A stretch of 64,000 nucleotides of DNA from an uncultured Clostridia bacterium (GCA_964402415.1 CAYOCI010000006.1:16020-80019); one strand, 5' to 3'. Numbered from the stretch's first letter, positions 19,952-29,888 are shown. Notes: a model not told the origin generated them from the sequence alone. Numbers and translations are program-made.

Positions 19952-22906
19952 CTAGAGCACTTCCAGCTTCTTTACTAGGTTGTTCTCGATGGTGATCTTG
20001 ACTGTCTTCCCAGCAGCGACGTCTGATAGCGTCGGGTTGGTCTTGCCTGGAACGACGATGGTGTAGGAGCTGGCTAGGGTGTAGCTGACCACGTTGCCGT
20101 CGCGGATGACCTCGATCCCTGGAGCGGTGCTGCTGCCGATGACGCGGACAAAGACCGCGTTGAAGATGCTGAGTTGCGGGTTCACGGTGATCGAGCGGAC
20201 TAGACCGCCACGCAGCGTCAGTTCGGCGCGATCGCCGACCTTGATCTGGCTAAGCGTGGGGCTGGTGATACCGGGGATAGTCACGGGACATGGGGTGGCG
20301 AGGGTGTAGGTCTGACTGGCGCTGCCATTGGTCGGCAGCAGGTAGATCTTCTTGGGATTGCTGACTAGATCGGTGAGGGTGACCGAGCCCTCGACCTTGG
20401 TGTAGGTGTACTCAGCCTCCAGGCGGACGATCTTGTCATCAACGATGCGCGCCGAGACGGTATCGCCGACTAGGAGACTGGCGAAGGTGGCGGTGGGTTG
20501 ATCTTTGATCACCACGGTGGCGTTGGTTGCCAGGGTGTGGGTGACGACCTGGTCATCAGCCTTCTTGATCGTCAGCGCGCGGGTAGTGCTGTTGTTGATA
20601 ATGGCTTCGATCTTACCGCTGACGGCGGTGGCGGGGGTGACATTCATGGAGAACACCTTGCCATCACGCAGACCGAGCTCCGCTTGGTCGCCGACCAGTA
20701 CGTCACTGAGCTTCGGTTGGGTCACGCCGGTGATGGTTAGGGTCATGTTCTGCCCAAGGGTATAGCTCTGCGTGGTGTTATTGTCCCGGCGAACGGTGAC
20801 TGAGCTGGTGGAGATGGCGGTGATGGTGCCACGATCTGAGGTCGCGACGCTCTCGATCACGAGCTCGGTGACCTTGCCTTCTGCCAGGCGGATGCTGACC
20901 AGGTCGCCCACGCGGATATCATCGAAGGTGGCTGTCAACAGGTTCTTGAAGCTAACCTTGCCATTGGCGGCAAACTCGTAGGTTACCAGAGCCCCGTCTG
21001 CCTTTTCGATGATCACACCGCGGTAATCGCCGACCTTGATGGTGCTCTGAACCGTACCGTTGACTAGGTTAGCGGGAACCACATGCATAGCGCGCACGAT
21101 ACCATCGCGCAGCAGCAGGTTGGCCACGTCGCCGACCCTGACCTCGCTAAGCGTCGGTGCGGATACGCCTTGGATGGTCAGGCTCATGTTCTGGCCGAAG
21201 GGATAGGCCCTCGTGGTATCGTCGCCCCGCTTGATCGAAATAGCGGTGGCGGAGATGGCGGTGATCTGACCGGCATCGGAACTGGTCACGGTCTCAATGA
21301 TGAGGTTGGTGATCTTACCGTCGACTAACCGGGCACGGACCGTATCACCCTCACGGATGTCGGCGAAGGTACCGGCGGGCCAGTTGGTGAAGCCGACAGT
21401 GGTGTTGGCAGTCAGAATGTAGGTTTCGATGACACTGTTGGACTTTTTGATGCTGATATAGCGGTAGTCCCCGGATGTGCCCACAGACTGCACTGTCCCA
21501 GTGAGATTGGTGGCCGGAGCGACATGCATGGATCTGACGATGCCGTCACGCAGCAGCAGATCCGCACGATCGCCGACGAGCACGTCACTGATCTTGGGAT
21601 CAGTGATGCCATCGATGGTCAGGCTCATGTTCTGGCCAAAGGGGTAAGACTTCGTGGTGCCGTTATCCCGTTTGATCGAAATAGCGGTGGTGGAGATGGC
21701 GGTGATCTGACCGGCATCGGAACTGGTCACGGTCTCAACGATCAGATTGGTGATCTTGCCGTCGACTAGCCGAGCGCGGACTGTATCGCCCTCACGGATA
21801 TCGGCGAAGGTACCGGCCGGCCAGTTGGTAAAGCTAACCTGGGCAGCAGAGGTGAGGCGGTAGGTGACAATCTCATTGTTGGACTTCTTAATCCTGACGT
21901 AGCGGTAATCGTTGGTCTGACCGACGGAGCTGATCGTGCCGCTGATATTGGTGGCAGGAGTCACGCGGATGGATCTGACGATGCCATCACGCAGCAGCAG
22001 CTCGGCTCTGTCGCCAACGAGCACGTCACTGATCTCAGGATCAGTGATGCCAGCAATGGTGAGGCTCATGTTCTGGCCAAAGGGGTACGACTTCGTGGTG
22101 CCGTTCTCCCGCTTGATCGAGATGGCGGTGCTGGAGATGGCGGTAACCTGACCAACATCCGAAGCCACAGCGGTCTCGACGATCAGCTCGCTGATCTTTC
22201 CGTCGACGAGCTTAAACGTGACCTGGTCGCCCTCACGGATATCGACGAAGCTGCCAGCTGCCCAGTTCTTGAACGTGACCTTGGCGTCGGTCGTGAGCAG
22301 ATAGGTATTTAGGTTGCCGTTAGCTCTGATCGTCACGGCTCGCAAGGAGTTCTGGTTGAGGATCTGCGTGACCGTGCCGGACTGCGTGGTCGTGGGTGGG
22401 ACGGGTGTTGTCTGATCGTCCGAGTTGGCCGCGATCGTCAGGACATGCCCGCTGGGGTTAAGCAGCATGGCGACACGGTCGCCTGCATCCAGATCATTGA
22501 GGCGAGCCTGTTTCCCATTCAACCAGACTTTGACACCGTTACCGGCAGTGTAGGTTTCGAGCTTGTTGTCCGAGTTCTTGATGGTAATGCTCGGTTGCCC
22601 CTTAGAGGTGCGCACCTCTGTCACGGTGCCATAGGCAATTCTGAACTTCAGGGCACCGAAGAAGCGGGAGAACAATCCAAATAGCGGATTCTTGTTCAGG
22701 GAACTCTGTGCCCACTCGCGGTCCTCGTCGTCATCATCATTGTCATCGTCATCATCTCTGTCGAGCCATCTGGCGATCTCATCGGTGTCGATGGTCACCT
22801 TTCCACCTTTGTAGTCCACCGAGGGTTTGGCATAGACCGCTGGCGAACTCAGAGCGAGCACCAGCAAGCAAGCGATGACAGCCACGACGCTCTTGGATAA
22901 ACGCAT
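19952..22906 (-). CDS. Large secreted repeat protein: signal peptide, poly-Asp stretch, then at least five tandem 147-aa beta-rich repeats (possibly DUF5666-like)
   Basis: True start at 22906 (MRLSKSVVAVIACLLVLALSSPAVYA) with a GGAAGGAGAG RBS. Acidic run 'DRDDDDDNDDDDEDRE'. Repeated module '…FTNWPAGTFADIREGDTVRARLVDGKITNLIVETVTSSDAGQITAIS…'. Rho-independent terminator at 19888–19925. Confidence 0.7.
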   Translation of the reverse strand: MRLSKSVVAVIACLLVLALSSPAVYAKPSVDYKGGKVTIDTDEIARWLDRDDDDDNDDDDEDREWAQSSLNKNPLFGLFSRFFGALKFRIAYGTVTEVRTSKGQPSITIKNSDNKLETYTAGNGVKVWLNGKQARLNDLDAGDRVAMLLNPSGHVLTIAANSDDQTTPVPPTTTQSGTVTQILNQNSLRAVTIRANGNLNTYLLTTDAKVTFKNWAAGSFVDIREGDQVTFKLVDGKISELIVETAVASDVGQVTAISSTAISIKRENGTTKSYPFGQNMSLTIAGITDPEISDVLVGDRAELLLRDGIVRSIRVTPATNISGTISSVGQTNDYRYVRIKKSNNEIVTYRLTSAAQVSFTNWPAGTFADIREGDTVRARLVDGKITNLIVETVTSSDAGQITAISTTAISIKRDNGTTKSYPFGQNMSLTIDGITDPKISDVLVGDRADLLLRDGIVRSMHVAPATNLTGTVQSVGTSGDYRYISIKKSNSVIETYILTANTTVGFTNWPAGTFADIREGDTVRARLVDGKITNLIIETVTSSDAGQITAISATAISIKRGDDTTRAYPFGQNMSLTIQGVSAPTLSEVRVGDVANLLLRDGIVRAMHVVPANLVNGTVQSTIKVGDYRGVIIEKADGALVTYEFAANGKVSFKNLLTATFDDIRVGDLVSIRLAEGKVTELVIESVATSDRGTITAISTSSVTVRRDNNTTQSYTLGQNMTLTITGVTQPKLSDVLVGDQAELGLRDGKVFSMNVTPATAVSGKIEAIINNSTTRALTIKKADDQVVTHTLATNATVVIKDQPTATFASLLVGDTVSARIVDDKIVRLEAEYTYTKVEGSVTLTDLVSNPKKIYLLPTNGSASQTYTLATPCPVTIPGITSPTLSQIKVGDRAELTLRGGLVRSITVNPQLSIFNAVFVRVIGSSTAPGIEVIRDGNVVSYTLASSYTIVVPGKTNPTLSDVAAGKTVKITIENNLVKKLEVL
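20200..22420. repeat. Intragenic 441-bp tandem DNA repeats (about five copies, near-identical)
   Basis: The antisense ORFs at 21083..21328 and 21524..21769 encode almost the same peptide 441 bp apart. Long identical DNA stretches such as 'gatggtcaggctcatgttctggccaaagg…' recur. Confidence 0.8.
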
Positions 22907-23020
22907 ACCATTCTCTCCTTCCAGATTTGATACACTCCTTGGACGTTGCTTCCAGCCATAGAGTTCGCCAAAATTGGCAGGGTTTGGGGGTATAGTGCAA
23001 AAAGGACAGGCAAAATTTGA

Positions 23021-23057
23021 AAAAAAACCGGGGGCACCGTATTGGTGCCCCCGGTCG
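23021..23057 (-). terminator. Rho-independent terminator for the LUD-domain gene
   Basis: On the minus strand: 'ccgggggcacc aatac ggtgcccccgg' followed by tttttttt. Confidence 0.75.
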
Positions 23058-23072
23058 ATCGATTCTCCTTGA

Positions 23073-23684
23073 CTAGATACCCAAGGCCTCATCTACTAGG
23101 ATGATGTGGATACGGTCTTTGTCAGCTGGCATCTGACTGCGGATGACGGTGTAGCAGCGGCAGATTCGTTGGGGAGACTGGCAGTCCGAGCAGGTACCCG
23201 TGCTGGCGCACGGGGTCGAGCGCCCCAGACGCTTGGCCAGACCAGGCGCGATGCTGCCGCGCATCTTCTCCCAGGCCGCTTCCTCATCGGCAACGATCTT
23301 GTTCTTGCCGACCACGACCACTACTCGATCGGGCCCAAACATCATGGCTGCTACGCGGTTGCCTTTGCCGTCGACGTTGATCAGCGCTCCATCCATGGTC
23401 AGGGCGTTGGTGCTGGTAAAATAGACATCCGCCGTCATGCTGGCCTTGCGCCGGCGCAGATTCTCTTCAGGGGGGATGCCAGCCTCAAACTGGTTGATTG
23501 TGGCATAGGTCCCCGACGTGAGGGCCGCGAAGATGCCGGCCTCCCTAAGCGTCGCTGAGTTGCCCATCCCAACTGTGGCACCGGAGGGGATCAGGCTCAG
23601 TGCGGTCTCGCGAGCCTCTTCCTTGTTACTAGCAGTGTGAACCGTGAAATGATTGGCCTCGAGTCTACGGATCAGATGGTCCAT
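23073..23684 (-). CDS. LUD-domain (DUF162, LutC/YkgG-like) protein
   Basis: Internal ATG at 23684 with a perfect AAGGAGG RBS. 'ALINVDGKGNRVAAMMFGPDRVVVVVGKNKIV' resembles the LUD domain. Confidence 0.55.
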   Translation of the reverse strand: MDHLIRRLEANHFTVHTASNKEEARETALSLIPSGATVGMGNSATLREAGIFAALTSGTYATINQFEAGIPPEENLRRRKASMTADVYFTSTNALTMDGALINVDGKGNRVAAMMFGPDRVVVVVGKNKIVADEEAAWEKMRGSIAPGLAKRLGRSTPCASTGTCSDCQSPQRICRCYTVIRSQMPADKDRIHIILVDEALGI

Positions 23685-23978
23685 GGCTGATCGCCTCCTT
23701 GGTGATATGGGGCCTTCTATAGTCCATGGTATTAGGAGCGTAGGTGGTTGGCAATGCCCAATTTCATCCTTACTATCATCTAGCTCGGCACATAGAGATA
23801 GCATGGCCCTAGGTCCCTCGAGCTAGTCCAGTACAGAACCCTGTCCTGTATGGCTCATAATACCATCGGAGAAACCCAGGCCGGTTCTGGCCAGCGCGAT
23901 CACCTCTCCTGTATAATGAACAAATACGCGGTAGCTCAGGCGGTTTCGACGATCCTACAGAGAGGTTGGAGATCAGGC

Positions 23979-24689
23979 ATGAGATCGGCACCAGAACAGA
24001 ATCAACTGATGGCAGGTGCCCGGGCGGCACTGCCCATCGTGCTCGGTTATATCCCCATCGGCCTGGCGTTCGGGGTGCTAGCGGTGAAGCAGGGGCTGGG
24101 GGTGCTGGGTATCTTCCTCATGTCGCTACTGGTCTACGCGGGCTCCGCACAGTTCATTGCTACCGGGATGCTGGCCGCTGGAGTATCGACCAGCGCCATC
24201 ATCGCTACCACCTTCCTGGTGAACCTGCGGCATCTCCTGATGAGCGCGTCCATCTCCAGCCACCTGAAGCGCATTCATCCCGTCCTGCAGGCGATCATCT
24301 CGTTTGGCATCACCGATGAGACCTTCGCCATTGATATCACCGCTGCTGGGGAGCAGGAACGCGGCGCGCAGTTCTTCCTTGGCGTGCATGGGCTCTCACA
24401 GCTGTCATGGATTCTTAGCACCGTGATCGGCGGCTTGGTCGGCAACCTGATCCCTCAGCCCGAACGCTTCGGGCTGGACTTCGCCCTACCAGCGATGTTC
24501 GTCGGTCTACTTCTGATGCAGCTGCGGGAGAGCAAAGAGTTGCTGGTCGCGGTGATCTCAGGAGCGCTCTCAGTGGGCCTAGCGCTCGCTCTCCAAGGCA
24601 ACTGGAATATAATCCTCTCCACCATCATCGCAGCGAGCATAGGAGCAGTGGTGCACACATGGCAGCAGAAGTCGTCGTTGTCGTCTTAG
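23979..24689 (+). CDS. azlC: AzlC-family branched-chain amino-acid exporter component
   Basis: 'ALPIVLGYIPIGLAFGVLAVKQGL…SAQFIATGMLAAG' is the AzlC pattern; multi-TM. GGAGAT RBS at the internal ATG. Confidence 0.75.
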   Translation: MRSAPEQNQLMAGARAALPIVLGYIPIGLAFGVLAVKQGLGVLGIFLMSLLVYAGSAQFIATGMLAAGVSTSAIIATTFLVNLRHLLMSASISSHLKRIHPVLQAIISFGITDETFAIDITAAGEQERGAQFFLGVHGLSQLSWILSTVIGGLVGNLIPQPERFGLDFALPAMFVGLLLMQLRESKELLVAVISGALSVGLALALQGNWNIILSTIIAASIGAVVHTWQQKSSLSS

Positions 24690-24976
24690 GCATGAGTATT
24701 GTCACCTTTCTTCCCAGACTCCTGCCTGTGATCATTTTATCACGAATGAACCTACCGCAATGGTTTTTGACCTGGCTGAAGTACGTGCCGGTGGCGGTCT
24801 TAGCAGCACTCTTGGCACCCCTGCTGCTGATTCAGAACGGTCAGCTGGCCATCGGATGGGAAAACCTGGCTCTTTTGGCATCCTTGCCCTGCTTTTTGGT
24901 CGCGGCGAAGACCAAGAGCTTGTCGCTAACGGTAACCATTGGTATCATCGCGACCGTGGTGTTGCGCTACTTCTGA
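24659..24976 (+). CDS. azlD: AzlD-family branched-chain amino-acid transport protein
   Basis: 105-aa, three-TM protein overlapping the end of azlC, as in the usual azlCD arrangement. Confidence 0.7.
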   Translation: MAAEVVVVVLGMSIVTFLPRLLPVIILSRMNLPQWFLTWLKYVPVAVLAALLAPLLLIQNGQLAIGWENLALLASLPCFLVAAKTKSLSLTVTIGIIATVVLRYF

Positions 24977-25152
24977 AAACACCCACCATCCAAAACCCCG
25001 CAATGTGATAATATGGTTGCCGCAGTAGATCCGTAAGGGATTGAGCGTATTTGGGTATCGTAATATATAAGCCTTGCTCTGGAACCATAGATCGTTATAT
25101 GATGAACTAGGTTTTCAGGACCACATTAAAGTGCGTTACGGAGGGGTATGAA

Positions 25153-25707
25153 ATGAAGGTCAAAGTCGCAGCAGTCTCACTGGCTCTCGCCGCAACTCTA
25201 CTCGGAGGATGCGCCGCTAAGCCCGCGCCCAATACTCAACCTGCACCGCAACAACCATCCACCCAAACTCCCGCTGCCAAGCCAGAAGTAAAGACCACCG
25301 CTTCGATCGTTGATACCAACGCAGCCTTCAAGAAGGCTATCAGCAAGGAAGGCTCCTGGATCGCGGCTACTCTGAAGGATCTGACCTTCACCGAAGATCT
25401 CGTCCTCGAAGGCGAGTTCAAGAACAAGGATGTCGTCGCCCGCAAGATCGCCCTTTACACTCAAGACGCAGACAAGAAGGTTACTGCCCGCTTCACTTTG
25501 AAGGCTCCTAAGCTCACCATCAAGAGCGAGAACGCCAGGATCCAGAGTGGCACCTTTGTCGGCGATGTGTATGTTGAAGCGAAGAACTTCCAGCTCGTCG
25601 ATGCTAAGGTCGAAGGCAACGTTTACTTCACCAACACCGACGCTCAATCCACCTTCAAGAAGGACACCAACAGCAGCGTCACCGGCAAAACCGAGCTGAA
25701 GAAATAA
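25153..25707 (+). CDS. Hypothetical lipoprotein
   Basis: Signal peptide plus lipobox 'LLGGCAA'. GGAGGGG RBS. Confidence 0.6.
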   Translation: MKVKVAAVSLALAATLLGGCAAKPAPNTQPAPQQPSTQTPAAKPEVKTTASIVDTNAAFKKAISKEGSWIAATLKDLTFTEDLVLEGEFKNKDVVARKIALYTQDADKKVTARFTLKAPKLTIKSENARIQSGTFVGDVYVEAKNFQLVDAKVEGNVYFTNTDAQSTFKKDTNSSVTGKTELKK

Positions 25708-25971
25708 CGAACCGATCCATAGAGCAAGTGGCAGCCTGCTGGTCAACACGGCACGCGATCTGCCCCTTGCTTTTTGATTCCCCACTGGTTCCCCATGCTG
25801 CCTCTTCGGAAACATGGCAGAGGATGATACGCTGCACGTTACAGATGGGTGACCCCACTACGGGCATTGGACTGCGGGCATTTTCATATCAGGGTCAGAC
25901 ACCATCCCATTATCTCGATAGCTCGGGTAAGGGGATCGTCCTGGCCCTGATTCTTTTTTTCGGGCAGACTA

Positions 25972-26023
25972 TTGACAGTAACAAAGGGAAGGGTTAGTAT
26001 ATAACTAACCAAATAAGTTATAT
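25972..26023 (+). promoter_or_regulatory. Predicted sigma-A promoter with an overlapping inverted-repeat operator, candidate Rrf2/NsrR-type site
   Basis: TTGACA (25972–77), 17-nt spacer, TAGTAT (25995–26000). Inverted repeat ATATAACT-N9-AGTTATAT at 25999–26023, just upstream of the flavodiiron start codon. Confidence 0.45.
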
Positions 26024-26043
26024 TTAAGAGGGGGCCCATTATC

Positions 26044-27246
26044 ATGCCAGTACGCGAGGTCGCGCCGAATATTTTCTGGGTCGGAGTCGTCGATTGGGAC
26101 AGCCGCTACTTCCACGGTCCTGCCTATTCCACCCACCGCGGAACCACCTACAACTCATACTTAATCCTCGATGAGAAGGTCACTCTGGTCGACACCGTCT
26201 ACACCCCCTTCACCGAGCAACTGCTGGCCAATATCCGTGAGGTCATCGATCCCGCCAAGATCGACTACATCATCTCCAACCACAGCGAGATGGACCACTC
26301 CGGTGCACTGCCCAAGGTGGTCGAGGCGGCCCCCAATGCCAAGATCTACTGCACCCAGAAGGGGTCGGAGTACCTAGAGAGCTACTACTTTGGCGGCTGG
26401 GACTACCAGGTCGTCCGCTCCGGAGATCAGCTCAGTTTAGGTAAACGCACCCTCACCTTCCTGGAAGCCCCGATGCTGCACTGGCCGGACAGCATGTTCA
26501 CTTACATTAATGAAGATGCCATCCTGATGCCCAACGATGCCTTCGGTCAGCACTACGCCAGCTCCGGCCGCTTTGATGACGAAGTCAATATGGATGAGGT
26601 CATGGATGAGGCCGCCAAGTACTACGCAAATATCCTCACCCCGTTTTCCAAGATGGTAGCCAAGAAGCTCGAAGAGGTTACCAAGATGGGGATCCCGATC
26701 AAGATGATCTGCCCCAGCCACGGCATCATGTTCCGCCAAGACCCTGGTCGGATCGTCAACGCGTATGCGCGCTGGTCCACGGTCAGCGGCGACGAGAAGA
26801 TCGTGATCGCCTACGACACCATGTGGGAGAGTACCGCCATGATGGCCAATGCCCTCGCCGAGGGGATCGCCTCTGAGGGCGTGGAGTACCGCATCTACCG
26901 TATCTCCAAGACCGACCACAACGATATCATCACTCAGATCCAGGCTGCCTGCGGGGTTGCCATCGGTTCGCCGACCATCAACCGCGGCATCCTGGCCAAC
27001 GTGGCGCCGCTGCTCGACGACATGGTGGGCTTGAAGCCCTTCGGCAAGGTGGCACTGGCCTTCGGTTCGGATGGCTGGGGTGGCGGTTCGGTTCCGATCA
27101 TCAACCAGTCCCTCACCAAGGCAGGCTTCAGGTTAGTCAACGATGGCCTGACCGTGAAGTGGCGTCCGTCCGGAGATGACCTGAAGAGAATACGTGAACA
27201 AGGCGCTGAACTGGCTCGCCAGGTCAAAGGTGCCGTCGTCGAGTGA
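26044..27246 (+). CDS. Flavodiiron protein (FprA / flavorubredoxin-type NO or O2 reductase): metallo-beta-lactamase-like di-iron domain plus flavodoxin domain
   Basis: 400 aa. Di-iron ligand motif 'HSEMDHSGAL', FDP core, and a C-terminal flavodoxin fold ('KIVIAYDTMWESTAMMANALAEG'). Confidence 0.85.
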   Translation: MPVREVAPNIFWVGVVDWDSRYFHGPAYSTHRGTTYNSYLILDEKVTLVDTVYTPFTEQLLANIREVIDPAKIDYIISNHSEMDHSGALPKVVEAAPNAKIYCTQKGSEYLESYYFGGWDYQVVRSGDQLSLGKRTLTFLEAPMLHWPDSMFTYINEDAILMPNDAFGQHYASSGRFDDEVNMDEVMDEAAKYYANILTPFSKMVAKKLEEVTKMGIPIKMICPSHGIMFRQDPGRIVNAYARWSTVSGDEKIVIAYDTMWESTAMMANALAEGIASEGVEYRIYRISKTDHNDIITQIQAACGVAIGSPTINRGILANVAPLLDDMVGLKPFGKVALAFGSDGWGGGSVPIINQSLTKAGFRLVNDGLTVKWRPSGDDLKRIREQGAELARQVKGAVVE

Positions 27247-27261
27247 GAGTGAGGCAATACC

Positions 27262-27672
27262 ATGGAGCTAACGCGCAAAGCTGAGTATGCCATCGCTATG
27301 CTGACAGAGCTGGCGCTGCATCCCGGGACGCAGCCAGTCCAATCGCGGCAGATCGCTGAACGGCGTCGCCTGCCTGAGACCCTCGTCCCGCAGATCGCGG
27401 CCATGCTCAGCAAGAAGGGATGGATCGAAGGTACGCGAGGTGTGGGTGGCGGAATCAGGTTAACCGCTGATCCGGCCGCCATATCGGTCCTGGACGTGAT
27501 CGAGCTGGTCGAAGGCCCGATCTACCTGAACCATTGCCTGAAGTCGGGCAATTGCTCCGGGCGTACGGGATGTCCGCTACGCCAAGTCTGGTCCAAGGCC
27601 CAGGACGCTCTGCTGGATGTCTTTCGCCAATCAACCATTGCCCAGCTGGCAGAGCAGGAGAATCGGGAATGA
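27262..27672 (+). CDS. Rrf2-family transcriptional regulator (NsrR/IscR-like, Fe-S-binding)
   Basis: N-terminal wHTH 'MELTRKAEYAIAMLTELA…VQSRQIAER'. Three-Cys cluster 'CLKSGNCSGRTGCP'. Starts 15 bp after the flavodiiron gene. Confidence 0.8.
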   Translation: MELTRKAEYAIAMLTELALHPGTQPVQSRQIAERRRLPETLVPQIAAMLSKKGWIEGTRGVGGGIRLTADPAAISVLDVIELVEGPIYLNHCLKSGNCSGRTGCPLRQVWSKAQDALLDVFRQSTIAQLAEQENRE

Positions 27673-27764
27673 CGTCACATCCAATCTAGTCGCCCACTTG
27701 TGGACGTGTGGACTTGTGGGCTTGTGGACTCTCACAATGAGATAGAGTATGAGGAGGAAGAACG

Positions 27765-28526
27765 ATGAAAACCATGAATGACAAGACCAACCAACTGGCA
27801 CAGCTGCTCAAACGCCTCAACGATGGTGAGAACCCGGCCAGCGTCCGGGCCGAGGCGAAGGAACTGATCAGTCAGCTAAACCCCGCCGAGCTATCCCTAG
27901 CCGAACAGCAGCTGGTGGACGAAGGCCTACCCGAAGAACACCTCCGTGGGCTCTGTTCGGTGCACATGGAGATGCTGGAAGGCGAGCTAGACCGCTTCAA
28001 GGCATCGCTGCCTGTAGGCCATGTGGTTCGCACTATGGTTGAGGAACATGAGATGATCCTCAGCTTCCTCGATCAGTTAGAGGATCTGAACCGCAAGCTG
28101 CAAAGCCAACATGAGTATCACGACGACGACTTGAAGCGGTTGGTGCAGGTGGCGGAGAACCTCATCGGTGCAGAACCGCACCATGAGCGCGAGGAAAAGG
28201 TCCTATTTACCGAGATGGAGCAGCGTGAAGTTAGCGGACCACCTCGCATCATGCGCATGGAGCACGAGGATCTACGGCCGATGAAGAAGCAGGTCAGGAA
28301 GCTCGGTCAGGCTGCACTGGAACGCACCATCCCGGTGGCTAAGTTCAAGGCAGCACTCGATGACGTAGAATCCAAGCTGGTATTCACCCTGCGTGACCAT
28401 ATCTTCAAGGAGAACAACATCCTTTATCCCACCGCCCTCGAGGTTATCGCTGACAAGAGCATGTGGGCTGATATGAAGCAGCGCTGCGACCAGATCGGCT
28501 ACTGCTCCTTTACCCCGAAGCAGTAA
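27765..28526 (+). CDS. Hemerythrin-like/DUF438-family protein (RIC/ScdA-like, iron-centre repair)
   Basis: Repeated His/Glu-rich helical pairs ('VHMEMLEGE', 'EHEMILSF', 'EPHHEREEKVLF', 'MEHEDLRP'). GAGGAGG RBS. Confidence 0.55.
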   Translation: MKTMNDKTNQLAQLLKRLNDGENPASVRAEAKELISQLNPAELSLAEQQLVDEGLPEEHLRGLCSVHMEMLEGELDRFKASLPVGHVVRTMVEEHEMILSFLDQLEDLNRKLQSQHEYHDDDLKRLVQVAENLIGAEPHHEREEKVLFTEMEQREVSGPPRIMRMEHEDLRPMKKQVRKLGQAALERTIPVAKFKAALDDVESKLVFTLRDHIFKENNILYPTALEVIADKSMWADMKQRCDQIGYCSFTPKQ

Positions 28527-28685
28527 TCAAGCGCCCCAGAGATAACAGCACGAGCAAACACATCACCCCCACAGCCCAAGCTCTGGGGGCGATCTTCTTT
28601 GGGGGTATTCGCAGACTCCTATCGAGTGGTATAATCAAGCTATGATCTTTGTTTAGCTATGCGTTAGGTAAGAGGAGGAGAAACC

Positions 28686-29087
28686 ATGTGGGAAGACTTT
28701 AAGAAATTCGCCATGAAGGGCAACGTGGTCGACCTGGCCGTCGGTGTTATCATCGGTGGTGCGTTTGGCAAGATCGTTACCTCGCTCGTAAATGATATGA
28801 TCATGCCGATCGTAGGGTTACTCCTAGGCGGCGTGAACTTCACCGGACTCCAATTCACTTTCGGCAAAGCCGTCATTAAGTATGGTTCCTTCCTGCAGAA
28901 CGTGGTCGACTTCGTTATCATCGCTGCTTCGGTCTTCTTCATGGTTCGTTTCCTGAACCACTTCAAGAAAAAGGAACCGCCGAAACCGGCTGCCGATCCG
29001 CTGCCATCCACCGAGGCTCAGCTTTTGATCCAGATTCGCGATCTGATGAAAGAGCAACAGCAGGGTCGCGGCCGCGCCAACGGATAA
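28686..29087 (+). CDS. mscL: Large-conductance mechanosensitive channel MscL
   Basis: '[37 protein letters not shown]' is the canonical MscL N-terminus. Terminator at 29105–29140. Confidence 0.9.
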   Translation: MWEDFKKFAMKGNVVDLAVGVIIGGAFGKIVTSLVNDMIMPIVGLLLGGVNFTGLQFTFGKAVIKYGSFLQNVVDFVIIAASVFFMVRFLNHFKKKEPPKPAADPLPSTEAQLLIQIRDLMKEQQQGRGRANG

Positions 29088-29241
29088 GAACGAATACCAG
29101 CTTACAGATTGACCACAGTGCGTCTGGCACTGTGGTTTTTTTGTGCGCAAATGGCTCATACTACTACTTATCTTTGCCTGCGTGCAGAGAGATGCTAGTG
29201 CGGAAGACGGTGATCAACGCCGCACTGCCAAAGTTTGATAT

Positions 29242-29270
29242 TTGACACAAATAACAGATTCCGATAATAT
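29242..29270 (+). promoter_or_regulatory. Near-consensus sigma-A promoter (TTGACA-17-TAATAT) driving the small gene at 29376
   Basis: TTGACA at 29242–47 and TAATAT at 29265–70; about 105-nt leader. Confidence 0.6.
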
Positions 29271-29375
29271 ACTACAAAACAGATGCAGACGTGTCTGCAG
29301 TATGTGAGCCCAACCTGAGGTGAACGACCCGGCTTCGAAGATTGATCTGTACTTAACCCGAAAGGATGATGATAG

Positions 29376-29603
29376 ATGTACCAAAAACACCCAGTTGACT
29401 CCATCAACACCCCGATCTTCTGGTTTGACCAGCTCAGTCTCGCCGTCACCATTGGTGACCGTGTCGTACGACGCATGACCGGCAAGGCCGGCACGTTGCT
29501 CGCCATCGACCAACGCGGCTTTACTGTGGATTGGGATGACTGGGGCAGAAGGACCTACCCGATCGATGCCGCCAGTGAGATCCGCCCGTTCATTGAGGGC
29601 TAA
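29376..29603 (+). CDS. Small conserved hypothetical protein, paralog of 36757..36990
   Basis: 75 aa 'NTPIFWFDQLSLAVTIGDRVVRRMTGKAGTL…' shares the 'NTP(I/L)FWFD(Q/N)LS(L/M)AVTIGDRV…TYPID…EIRP(F/L)I' pattern with the paralog. Terminator at 29640–29672. Confidence 0.5.
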   Translation: MYQKHPVDSINTPIFWFDQLSLAVTIGDRVVRRMTGKAGTLLAIDQRGFTVDWDDWGRRTYPIDAASEIRPFIEG

Positions 29604-29888
29604 GGAGACCGATGCCTGGGCATACCCATAGCTTGGCAATCAAGACCAGCGCGAAGATGCGCTGGTTATTTTTGTGTACCTCGTGCCTCCGTCCTAGATC
29701 TTCCCAGGCAGGAATCAGCATACCCAGCGAGAAAGTAGAGCTTGTCCTAACACAAGAATGCCCGCGGCCCTCAGCCCACAGCCCGCAGTAAGGTCAACCA
29801 CCGGTGGGGCGGAACGTCTCATCCACTGTGGTGCCATTGAGACGGCCCGGGGGACTAACTAGACGTCAATTCGTTACGGGGGTGCCTC

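Noticed and set aside
20094-22684. Sense-strand (+) ORFs of 70–86 aa inside the large repeat-protein gene
   Set aside because: They recur with the 441-bp repeat period and are antisense to a strongly supported 985-aa secreted protein.
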